In this document: in pieces, positions 28,686 to 36,989 of the stretch | Numbering within the stretch: the first letter of the stretch is position 1 | Layout: every line of letters starts with the position of its first letter | Source: a virus | Lineage: Duplodnaviria; Caudoviricetes | Virus record (IMG/VR): IMGVR_UViG_3300020440_000026 | Location: 1-42,595 of that record | Length of the DNA: 42,595 nt | Strand: one strand, 5' to 3' | Program-made: the position numbers and the translations under genes | The notes under the pieces: generated by a model | Seen by the model: only the letters and a program-made list of their open reading frames with translations | The model's database searches: none | What the model was told of the DNA's origin: nothing

Positions 28686-29538
28686 ATTACCAAGACGAGT
28701 CAACAATAAAACTAATCCAGAAGAAAACAAACCTTACAACGAAGCTCAAGGGAAACCTTTGGTACAAACCATAGTTTTGGTTACTGGCGGTTTTGATCCA
28801 CTGCACAGTGGCCACATTTCCTATTTGCAGGCTGCTAAAGCAATGGGAGATTTTTTAATTGTAGGAGTAAACAGTGATGCTTGGTTAAAACGTAAGAAAG
28901 GCAGATTCTTCATGCCACTCGACGAACGTGGAGCAATTATCAGTCAACTTCTAATGGTAGACAAAGTTGTAGGATTTGAAGATGATTACGATGAAGATGA
29001 TAGTTGTGTTAAATTTATAAAGGATATGCGTGAGTATAATCCTGAAGCAAAAATAGTTTTTGCCAATGGCGGTGATAGGAAACCAGGAACAACACTAGAA
29101 GAAAAGGCTGGACTAAAAAATGTTAGCTTTGCATTTGGAGTTGGCGGTACAGACAAGAAAAACAGTAGCAGTTGGATACTCAAAGATTGGGAGGCTCCTC
29201 GAGTCGAAAGAGATTGGGGTCATTATAGGGAACTTTATAAAGGCGAAGGTTTTGCCGTAAAAGAACTTGTTATAAATCCACACAGCAGCCTAAGTATGCA
29301 ACGTCACAAACACAGAAGTGAAACATGGAATCTTGTAAGCGGTAAAGCACATCTACTAACTAGCAACAGAACCAAACCAGATGATCCTTTACGTCAAGAT
29401 CTTTCACCACCTAATCCAGTTGATATCCCTGTAAATGTTTGGCATAAAGGTGTAAATGATAGCGACCAACCTGCACATATAGTCGAAGTGTGGAAAGGCA
29501 TTGACCTCACCGAAGATGATATAGAAAGATTTGACTAA
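28678..29538 (+). CDS. HIGH-type cytidylyl/adenylyltransferase (RfaE-II/TagD-like) fused to a cupin (MPI-like) domain
   Basis: TGGFDPLHSGH, VGVNSD, ANGGDR; C-terminal R.WG.Y, LSMQRH.HRSE.W. Confidence 0.88.
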   Translation: MVELPRRVNNKTNPEENKPYNEAQGKPLVQTIVLVTGGFDPLHSGHISYLQAAKAMGDFLIVGVNSDAWLKRKKGRFFMPLDERGAIISQLLMVDKVVGFEDDYDEDDSCVKFIKDMREYNPEAKIVFANGGDRKPGTTLEEKAGLKNVSFAFGVGGTDKKNSSSWILKDWEAPRVERDWGHYRELYKGEGFAVKELVINPHSSLSMQRHKHRSETWNLVSGKAHLLTSNRTKPDDPLRQDLSPPNPVDIPVNVWHKGVNDSDQPAHIVEVWKGIDLTEDDIERFD

Positions 29539-31205
29539 TGCTAACAGTTTATATAGGTTGGGACAGCAGAGAACCTATTGCGGCAGATGTATGCAAGTAT
29601 AGTATACTTGAGCATGCAAGCATACCAGTTGATATTGTTATGCTGAAACAAAATAATTTACGCAAACGTGGTTTATACTGGAGAGAAGTTGATACACTTG
29701 CAAGTACTGAATTTACTTTTACAAGATTTCTTGTTCCAGAACTAAACAATTTTCAAGGCACTGCTATCTTTATGGATAGTGACATGGTCTTGACCACTGA
29801 TATTGCAGAACTTATCTCTGAAGTTGATCCAACCAAAGCAGTAAGTTGTGTACAACATGACTACACTCCCCCAGAAGGTGTAAAAATGGATGGTCAGCAA
29901 CAACTTGCCTATCCACGCAAAAACTGGAGTTCAATGGTTGTATGGAACTGTGGTCATAAAGCCAACAGAAAAATCACCAAAGAACTAGTTAACGACCCAG
30001 AAGTCACTGGTGCATATTTGCACAGATTCAGTTGGCTATCAGATAAACACATCGGATCTCTCGGTCCACAATGGAATTGGTTAGTTGGATGGTATGTAGA
30101 AGGCAGAGACGGTGCACCAAATTTGTTACACTACACCGAAGGTGGTCCCTGGTTTCCTAATTATGAGAATTGTGCATATGCTGATGTATGGAATAGATAT
30201 CACCAAGGTTTCAAAAATTCTTTGATATTAGGTAATGCAGAGATTGTAGACATAAGTTTGTCAAAAGATCTACAAAGCAGTCTTATTTCATTATTAGATC
30301 AAGCGAAAGATCCTTACAGTATCTATAAAAAAACAAATAAAAAAGAAGCCATTGAAAGACTATTAGATGCTTTTGATAAACCAGAGATAGTAGGAGTAGT
30401 AGATGCAGGACTTGTTGAGGAGGAACAAGTGATAAAACCACCAAAAAAAGATGCAATACTGGATAATTTTATCACAGGAGCAAACGGAGTATTTGCAGGT
30501 AGTAAAAATCTAGAAAGCATACCAACCAGCACACCTATTGTTGTTCGCGGGATTGCCAAAAAAAGAATAATTCAAAAAGCAGCCGCTGATGGTAGGGACT
30601 TTTACTATATCGATACAGGATATTTTGGCAATCAAAAAACCAAGCTATATCATCGATGTGTAAAAAACAGTTTGCAATTTAATATTCCACTTTGGAAAGA
30701 TTGTCCTGATGATAGATTCAATCAAACAAACACAGAAATATACTCACACACACCCGGAGAAAGTATACTACTGTGTCCACCAAGTCAAAAAGCTCTGAAC
30801 TTTTGGAATGTGGATTTGCAAGAATGGCTCATCTCCACAGTAAGAGAAATAAAAAAATATACAAAGCGTCCAATTGTGATACGTGAAAAGCAAAATCGTA
30901 ATATACGCACAAATGAAGATACTATGGAAATGGCTCTATCACGTGATGTACATTGTCTAGTAACATACAACAGCATAGCCGCAGTTGAAGCATTAATCTA
31001 CGGAAAACCTGTGTTCACAATGGGACCAAACGCAGCATTACCATTGGCAAATACGAACCTAAGCAGAATAAACAGCCCCATGATGCCAACACGATCTGCA
31101 GTAAGGCAACTTTGTTGTAACCTGGCATATGGCCAGTTTACTCCAAGAGAAATGGTAAACGGAACTGCATGGCGTATACTCAACGAATTTTACAATAGAA
31201 AATGA
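29538..31205 (+). CDS. Bifunctional glycosyltransferase: GT-A N-domain plus capsule-biosynthesis-like GT-B C-domain
   Basis: IGWDSRE, STEFTFTRF, FMDSD, YPRKNWSS, HYTEGGPW; then YIDTGYF, IVIREK, VTYNS.AAVEAL..GKPV. Confidence 0.85.
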   Translation: MLTVYIGWDSREPIAADVCKYSILEHASIPVDIVMLKQNNLRKRGLYWREVDTLASTEFTFTRFLVPELNNFQGTAIFMDSDMVLTTDIAELISEVDPTKAVSCVQHDYTPPEGVKMDGQQQLAYPRKNWSSMVVWNCGHKANRKITKELVNDPEVTGAYLHRFSWLSDKHIGSLGPQWNWLVGWYVEGRDGAPNLLHYTEGGPWFPNYENCAYADVWNRYHQGFKNSLILGNAEIVDISLSKDLQSSLISLLDQAKDPYSIYKKTNKKEAIERLLDAFDKPEIVGVVDAGLVEEEQVIKPPKKDAILDNFITGANGVFAGSKNLESIPTSTPIVVRGIAKKRIIQKAAADGRDFYYIDTGYFGNQKTKLYHRCVKNSLQFNIPLWKDCPDDRFNQTNTEIYSHTPGESILLCPPSQKALNFWNVDLQEWLISTVREIKKYTKRPIVIREKQNRNIRTNEDTMEMALSRDVHCLVTYNSIAAVEALIYGKPVFTMGPNAALPLANTNLSRINSPMMPTRSAVRQLCCNLAYGQFTPREMVNGTAWRILNEFYNRK

Positions 31206-32158
31206 CCACCTGGGACTATGATGTAGTGGTCTATTTAGGATCACTACCAAGAATACAAAATCATAACATCAAAGTGCAAGTCATGCGAGCCTTCGCCGAA
31301 GGCGCAAAACGTTGTGGTGTTAAAGTTCTAGTTGATGAGAATTTACGGAATAGACAGGTTTATAATAGTCGTCTAGCAGTGATACTTGGATGGGTAGGCA
31401 TGAGTTACAGTGGTCCGCACATTTATTTTCGTGATTCAGTGATTCATCAGCAAGACCTTACTGGCGGAAAACTAATGAGCATTGACGGTAGTTGCTTTAA
31501 GTTTCATAGCACACACGGCAACATTTGGCTACGTTACAGTCTTGATAATGTATTTTGGAATACTGGTAACTATGCCAATAAGAACAGTTCAAATAAACAC
31601 TGGAATATGATCAAGCAAAGTCTTAATTTATCTGATTCTCCCTGGCATAACGGTGGCGAAAACATATTGATATGTTTGCAAAGGGACAATGGATGGAATG
31701 CAAAAGGTTTTGACCAGGAATTTTGGCTCAAAAAAACTATCAAATTTATACAAGGTCGTACCAACGAACCAATTAAAGTAAGAGCTCACCCTGGTGATTT
31801 AAACCGTGATAGAACCAAAACCAAACACGATTGGAGTTGGGTAAATCAATATCATAATGTTGAATTAATTGATAGTATCAATGTTACATTGCACCAAAGC
31901 ATGAAAACTGCAAGATGTGCAGTATTCTACAATAGTTCAAGCAGTGTACTGAGTGTGCTTAAAGGTATTCCTACATTTGTTGCAGAAGAAAGTGCAGTTA
32001 CCTGGGACGTTGCAAATCACAACTTAAAAAACATCATGCAACCTGCAATGCCAGATCGCACACAGTGGTTTTGTGATTTAGCACAAGCACATTGGTCATT
32101 AGAACAGAGTCGAAATGGCGACATCTATAGACATTTTGAACAGTATCTACCAACCTAG
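31202..32158 (+). CDS. Capsule-biosynthesis-like (KpsC/KpsS-type) glycosyltransferase
   Basis: ILICLQ, VRAHP, YNSSSSV.SVLKGIP, LA..HWS.E. Confidence 0.65.
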   Translation: MTTWDYDVVVYLGSLPRIQNHNIKVQVMRAFAEGAKRCGVKVLVDENLRNRQVYNSRLAVILGWVGMSYSGPHIYFRDSVIHQQDLTGGKLMSIDGSCFKFHSTHGNIWLRYSLDNVFWNTGNYANKNSSNKHWNMIKQSLNLSDSPWHNGGENILICLQRDNGWNAKGFDQEFWLKKTIKFIQGRTNEPIKVRAHPGDLNRDRTKTKHDWSWVNQYHNVELIDSINVTLHQSMKTARCAVFYNSSSSVLSVLKGIPTFVAEESAVTWDVANHNLKNIMQPAMPDRTQWFCDLAQAHWSLEQSRNGDIYRHFEQYLPT

Positions 32159-32797
32159 GATACAATCGTTACGTACTCTACCTAGTTCTCTAGCACCCCA
32201 ACTCTTAAGCAGATCAACTGCACCGTACTGTGTTTCTTTGGTAATACCAGTGTCGGTATGTAATTTTTGTTCTACTACTATTACTGGTTGATGATTACGG
32301 ATAGTTTGCTCACCGCCTTGTAGTATCTGCATTTCATAACCTTCACAATCAATTTTCATATAGTCAATTCTATCAAACCATAAACTATCTAGTCTTTGCA
32401 TTTTTACTTTGCCTATGCCTATGGTTGTTTTATCAATGTGTGAATGCCCTGTATTGCCTTCTGTAATAATCATATCTATTGTGGTATCTTCAGTTCCAAG
32501 TGCAATTGGCCAAACTTCAATGTTTTCCATTGGTACATTTTTATGTAAACATTCTTGAAATTCTTGAACAGGTTCAATTGCTACAACTCTTGCAAAACGA
32601 GTTGCTAGGTCTCTGCTCCATAAACCAACATTTGCACCAATATCAACTGCGACACCAAAATCTTTAACAAAACCTAGACTTTTGTGTCTTACTGGTTCTT
32701 GATAGGTAGGAGGACCGCCCTTTTTGATATTCTTATCAATCATGTGTGCAAAGTGTGTGTCTTGGTCTGCAAACCACCATCCATGTACTTGATACAT
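32147..32797 (-). CDS. FkbM-family methyltransferase
   Basis: VDIGANVGLW, IEP, RLD, MKIDCEGYE. Confidence 0.9.
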   Translation of the reverse strand: MYQVHGWWFADQDTHFAHMIDKNIKKGGPPTYQEPVRHKSLGFVKDFGVAVDIGANVGLWSRDLATRFARVVAIEPVQEFQECLHKNVPMENIEVWPIALGTEDTTIDMIITEGNTGHSHIDKTTIGIGKVKMQRLDSLWFDRIDYMKIDCEGYEMQILQGGEQTIRNHQPVIVVEQKLHTDTGITKETQYGAVDLLKSWGARELGRVRNDCILGW

Positions 32798-33123
32798 TAG
32801 AACTTTACCTCATATCCTGCAACCAACCCTACATCATCTTCAGTGGCTGCTGGTGTAACAAAAACATTGCCATAATTAACTTTTATCATTGGAGCAATGT
32901 CTATGCGTTTGTAACCATGCACTACGCCGTATTCTATATCAAGTTGTTTGTATTTGGTACGTTTTCCAAAATATATACTTGCACGTTTATCACTATTATG
33001 ATATACGCCTGTAATGTAGTTATTAGGCAATTGATACTGTGCATGTGGATGAACACTATTAAAATCACCGTGCAGACCGATATGTGTGCTTAGTGCAATA
33101 CTAAAAATTAAATTATCTAACAC
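32797..33123 (-). CDS. Small beta-barrel-like protein (PagP-like pattern)
   Basis: G.Y.NS...S.Y.G...GVV.GY pattern, C-terminal YEVKF; coupled between GT and FkbM. Confidence 0.6.
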   Translation of the reverse strand: MLDNLIFSIALSTHIGLHGDFNSVHPHAQYQLPNNYITGVYHNSDKRASIYFGKRTKYKQLDIEYGVVHGYKRIDIAPMIKVNYGNVFVTPAATEDDVGLVAGYEVKF

Positions 33124-33946
33124 CTTTAACTTCTTTCCAGTATGGCAAATCCAAGTGCATTTTTACATCACGTGGCTCGCTATGTCCGAGGTTTTTTCTT
33201 TCACCCTTCATATGATCCATGTATCTTCCAAGTTCACTGTTTACAAAAGGATGTCCTGCTAAACCTTTTAGATCTGGATCAGGATTTAAATTATGAAAAT
33301 AAGCACCTCGGTTGTCTCTGTAAAGTTTTCGTTGTACGTCAAACAGATAACTATCATGCCATTCTGGATAGTCGAACATGGTATCATTAATATACATGTT
33401 GGCAAAGTCTTGCACAAAGTCTTGACACATTGGGTGTGTTTTGTTATAGCCTACCCATCCACATTCACTATGATACTTCTCGCCCCTGCCAAGATGTGTA
33501 GTTAGACAATTTTTAGGTGAAACACTGTCAAGGAATGTCATGGTAATCGGACTGTGGGTAAGTGTATCAGCATCGAGCCATATTATCCATTCTGTATCTA
33601 TATTTTGCACTGCATGATGTATACTAAAAACTTTGTAACTGAAACGTAAACCTTGCCATTTGAAGTGTTTTTTTGGAGACCAACGTCCTTGATTGTGTGG
33701 ACCTTGTTTGCCATTTGCTTCAGGATTATCTTTGTGTCTAGCAAAGAAGTTTTTACAATGTTCGCTGGCCTCAAGCAGTTCAACTGCTCTAACATTTGGC
33801 TTGGTAATTCTAGGTTCACACTGTTCTGTGTACACAACCAGATCAACATCAGCTGGCCAATACTGTTCAAATGTACTAATCATTCGTTGACCATACTTAT
33901 CAAGACCCGCCTGATGAAAAGTGGTAATTACTGTGTAACGTTTCAT
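33113..33946 (-). CDS. GT-A-fold glycosyltransferase
   Basis: VITTF, FSYKVF, WLDAD, SECGW, WHDS, DH.KG. Confidence 0.75.
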   Translation of the reverse strand: MKRYTVITTFHQAGLDKYGQRMISTFEQYWPADVDLVVYTEQCEPRITKPNVRAVELLEASEHCKNFFARHKDNPEANGKQGPHNQGRWSPKKHFKWQGLRFSYKVFSIHHAVQNIDTEWIIWLDADTLTHSPITMTFLDSVSPKNCLTTHLGRGEKYHSECGWVGYNKTHPMCQDFVQDFANMYINDTMFDYPEWHDSYLFDVQRKLYRDNRGAYFHNLNPDPDLKGLAGHPFVNSELGRYMDHMKGERKNLGHSEPRDVKMHLDLPYWKEVKGVR

Positions 33947-33961
33947 ACGGGTATTTAACCT

Positions 33962-34837
33962 TTGATCAATAACATAGCATATTATCCAGATCAGTGTGCC
34001 CTTAATAGCAAACCGATAATGGAAGCATTTTTAAACAGCTGTCGAGGTGCTGGTATAACACCTGTTGAAAACTCCCTCGACTGCGATGCTGTTGTTATAT
34101 GGAGTATACTATGGAATGGCAGGATGAGCAAGAACAAACGGATATATGAACATTACCGTTCACTCAAAAAACCAGTTGTGGTTATTGATGCTGGTGCATT
34201 AGAACGTGAAGTAACTTGGAAAATTGCAGTCAACAATATCACCTCAGAAGGATACTATGGTCATACTGAAAACTTAGATTATGATCGACCTAACAAACTT
34301 GGTATGCGTTTGCAAAACAATCAACTCAATGATAAAATTCTAATTGCGGCTCAGCATAAAAAAAGTTTGCAATGGGAGGGCATGCCCAGTCTGGAAGATT
34401 GGGCCGTGGATCTAATACACAAAATAAGAAAACACAGTGATAGGCATATTGTTGTAAGATATCATCCACGTTGTCCATTTTTTATTCCAACACAACGTTT
34501 TAAAATGCTGTTGATGAACAAAGTAATAGAAAACTGTACATTAGAAACACCAATGCAGATTGAAAGCACCTATGATGCATTCAATATTGATTATAACTAT
34601 CATTGTGTGGTAAATCATTGTAGTGGTCCAGGAATAAATGGAGTAATTGCAGGTTCAAATGTGATAGTTGATAAAAAAAGTTTAGCCTATCCAATAGGTA
34701 TCGAATTCAAAGACATCGAAAATCCGCCAGAAAAAGATCGAGACAAATGGTTTGTTGAAATCTGTCATACAGAATACACAGTAGAAGAAATAGCAGAAGG
34801 TCGATGGTTGACACGATTAAAAAACGCACTTCAGTAG
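33962..34837 (+). CDS. Capsule-biosynthesis-like glycosyltransferase paralog
   Basis: ILIAAQH..S.QW, VVRYHPR, VNHCSGPG, TEYT.EEI..G; TTG start uncertain. Confidence 0.65.
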   Translation: MINNIAYYPDQCALNSKPIMEAFLNSCRGAGITPVENSLDCDAVVIWSILWNGRMSKNKRIYEHYRSLKKPVVVIDAGALEREVTWKIAVNNITSEGYYGHTENLDYDRPNKLGMRLQNNQLNDKILIAAQHKKSLQWEGMPSLEDWAVDLIHKIRKHSDRHIVVRYHPRCPFFIPTQRFKMLLMNKVIENCTLETPMQIESTYDAFNIDYNYHCVVNHCSGPGINGVIAGSNVIVDKKSLAYPIGIEFKDIENPPEKDRDKWFVEICHTEYTVEEIAEGRWLTRLKNALQ

Positions 34838-35559
34838 GCGAATACATCGATTGTGCTTGCCTAATACATGATACACTTTATGATTGGAGTTATGTTGACA
34901 AACTCTACAGAAGTTTGTGTCGTAATCTTACACCAAAAGTACGCATGCATGTGTTTACTGAAAGCACAAGATTTGTACCTGCAAACTATATCAGACATGA
35001 TATAGAAGAATGGGAGGGTGTCAGAGGACCAAAACGTTCATGGTGGTATAAAGTGCAACTGTTTAATACAGCACACTGGTCAAAAAAATACACAAAAATG
35101 CTTTACTTTGATTTGGATACAGTGATTGTTGGCAATATTGATTGGCTATGGCAAATGGATGCCAACAAGTTTTGGGCTCCAAGAGACTTTAAATATCTCA
35201 TGAAAAGTTCAAGGTACTGTATAAACAGCAGTATAATGTGGTTTGATCCATATCAGTATCAGTATGTTTATAAAGACTTTGATTTGAAAATGATTGTTAA
35301 CAATCCACGTTGTCCTTGGCACGGTGATCAAGACTACATTTATAGCAAGGTCAAAGATAATGTTGCATTCTATGACAACAATAGAATAATAAGTTATCGT
35401 TGGCAAGCCAAAGAAGGTGGCTTTGACTTTAGATACAGAAAACATGTAAATCAAGGCAGCGAAACCTCAGTGGCAGATCATGTATGTGTGTTGATATTTC
35501 ATGGGAATCCTAAACCACATGATTGTAACGATGCGTTTATATTTCAGCACTGGAGGTAA
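34804..35559 (+). CDS. GT8-like glycosyltransferase
   Basis: WWYKVQLF, YFDLD, NSSIM, GDQDY, FHGNPKP. Confidence 0.8.
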   Translation: MVDTIKKRTSVGEYIDCACLIHDTLYDWSYVDKLYRSLCRNLTPKVRMHVFTESTRFVPANYIRHDIEEWEGVRGPKRSWWYKVQLFNTAHWSKKYTKMLYFDLDTVIVGNIDWLWQMDANKFWAPRDFKYLMKSSRYCINSSIMWFDPYQYQYVYKDFDLKMIVNNPRCPWHGDQDYIYSKVKDNVAFYDNNRIISYRWQAKEGGFDFRYRKHVNQGSETSVADHVCVLIFHGNPKPHDCNDAFIFQHWR

Positions 35560-35562
35560 ATA
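35557..35562 (+). promoter_or_regulatory. Late promoter core TAAATA
   Basis: Overlaps the upstream stop; precedes AAGGA RBS. Confidence 0.6.
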
Positions 35563-35598
35563 ATAATACAATATACAGTTTTACTTAAAGGAATTTAA

Positions 35599-36186
35599 AT
35601 GGCAACTCGAAATTTTAAAGTAGAAGGTTGGAACCACGACGCAACTACAACAATTACTGTTACGATGGGAGGTACTCAAGTTTTTAGTGGTGCAGTCACC
35701 ACTGCGGTTGTTGATCAATATGATGGTGTTACTCAACCAGATTCTTCAACACATTATATACTATCTTGGGATTATACTAATACAGATGATACTACAGAAC
35801 AAGAAATTGCTTGTAGTATTGCAGTAACAGCAGGTGCAGCAACTATTGGCCGTGTTCTTGTAAGTTCTGGTGATACTAATTCTGCTAGTTATCCAGAACC
35901 AGATAGACCATTTCTTGAGCAAGTTGATAGTACTTGGTACTATTTTGGAACTCATAACCATCCTTATGGTGACGGATCAGACACTGCTTTTCCTGAAAAA
36001 AAGAATATACTTGTTGACGGAGCCTCTCCAACATTGACTGCAACTACTACAGAACAAGGATTACTGCCAACAGGTGGAGTAGATAATCCAACATTTGCTG
36101 GTTGGCAGTTTTATTTAGAGAGCGGAAGCACAATAAGTTTTACGCAACGTATACCACCATTAATAGCGGCATATGAAGCACCGTAA
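35599..36186 (+). CDS. Thr-rich hypothetical protein, probably virion structural
   Basis: Late promoter, RBS, beta-rich composition. Confidence 0.7.
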   Translation: MATRNFKVEGWNHDATTTITVTMGGTQVFSGAVTTAVVDQYDGVTQPDSSTHYILSWDYTNTDDTTEQEIACSIAVTAGAATIGRVLVSSGDTNSASYPEPDRPFLEQVDSTWYYFGTHNHPYGDGSDTAFPEKKNILVDGASPTLTATTTEQGLLPTGGVDNPTFAGWQFYLESGSTISFTQRIPPLIAAYEAP

Positions 36187-36223
36187 AACCTAGAGCCCTC
36201 TGTGTACTTGCATAAATAAAAGT

Positions 36224-36322
36224 AACAAAAAGAATTCGCAAGTTGGGAGAAGGCGCCAACATGTTCGCTTGATATACCAAGCGGTTTTAATCAGATCGTC
36301 CACTAGTTGGGCGATTTTTTTT
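36224..36322 (+). ncRNA. Candidate late small RNA (~100 nt)
   Basis: TAAATA 36213-36218, two hairpins, then terminator; longest ORF is 3 codons. Confidence 0.5.
36295..36322 (+). terminator. Rho-independent terminator
   Basis: atcgtcca-ctagt-tgggcgat-ttttttt. Confidence 0.8.
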
Positions 36323-36342
36323 ATGGCCAAAACAAACAAAAA

Positions 36343-36387
36343 GGTTGACATATACTTAAACCATGTTACTATAAAGCATAGTTAGAA
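36343..36387 (+). promoter_or_regulatory. Early promoter GGTTGACA-16-TACTAT with AGTTAGAA
   Basis: TTGACA 36345-36350, TGt TACTAT 36367-36372, A-rich UP-like element upstream. Confidence 0.8.
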
Positions 36388-36574
36388 AAAAGGAAAAACA
36401 AATGACATAGCAAAAGTAACGGTTAGGAATGTGTGATGGACTGCGAGAAGCACATTGGGATTTACAAGTCAGGTACGACTCAGGGAATCCATGGACTGAA
36501 AGATAGAAAGTACCCGGTACAGACTGATCATCTGTACTGATTGTTTTAGATCAAATTTTTATACAGGAGCAAAT

Positions 36575-36769
36575 ATGTCAGAAGAAATCAAAGAACCAAT
36601 ATTAGATTCAACACCACGTAAAGCACAAGATCCAGAGGATCAGGCATTCTACGATGAGTACTTTGCTAGAGGTGGCAAAGTTACTATTGTTGATACCAAT
36701 GCAAGAACAGAAAGTTATAGTAACAATCCTTGGCAACGATCCAAAGGTAGACCTAAGGAGAAAAAATAA
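36575..36769 (+). CDS. SutA-like small protein (putative RNA polymerase binder)
   Basis: DEYFARGGKVTIV resembles the SutA EEFLxRGGKV core; AGGAG RBS. Confidence 0.6.
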   Translation: MSEEIKEPILDSTPRKAQDPEDQAFYDEYFARGGKVTIVDTNARTESYSNNPWQRSKGRPKEKK

Positions 36770-36924
36770 TGTGGTATGTGTTAGGCGAAAATGAAAATGG
36801 GGATTTTGAAATCTGGGAAGGTCTTACTGCATCAGAAGCACTTGCAGTAAGAAATGAATATTTAAAACTAAAAAAACAGACATGTGCTGGAAAAATGTCT
36901 GAAATAGTTGCTAAAACAGGTTGA
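36769..36924 (+). CDS. Small hypothetical protein (51 aa, MWYVLGENENGDFEIWEG...)
   Basis: TAAGGAG RBS, TAATG coupling; manual translation. Confidence 0.7.
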   Translation: MWYVLGENENGDFEIWEGLTASEALAVRNEYLKLKKQTCAGKMSEIVAKTG

Positions 36925-36964
36925 CATATAATTTATATGTGTTAAGCTGTTTATACAGTTAGAA
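36919..36964 (+). promoter_or_regulatory. Early promoter GGTTGACA-16-TAAGCT with AGTTAGAA
   Basis: TTGACA 36921-36926, TGt TAAGCT 36943-36948. Confidence 0.75.
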
Positions 36965-36989
36965 AACAACGTTGCATAGGAGAGCTAGA

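Noticed and set aside
36480-36545. Hammerhead ribozyme (CTGA...GAAA)
   Set aside because: Core CUGANGA is not matched (CTGAAAG, CTGATCA) and the stems do not assemble
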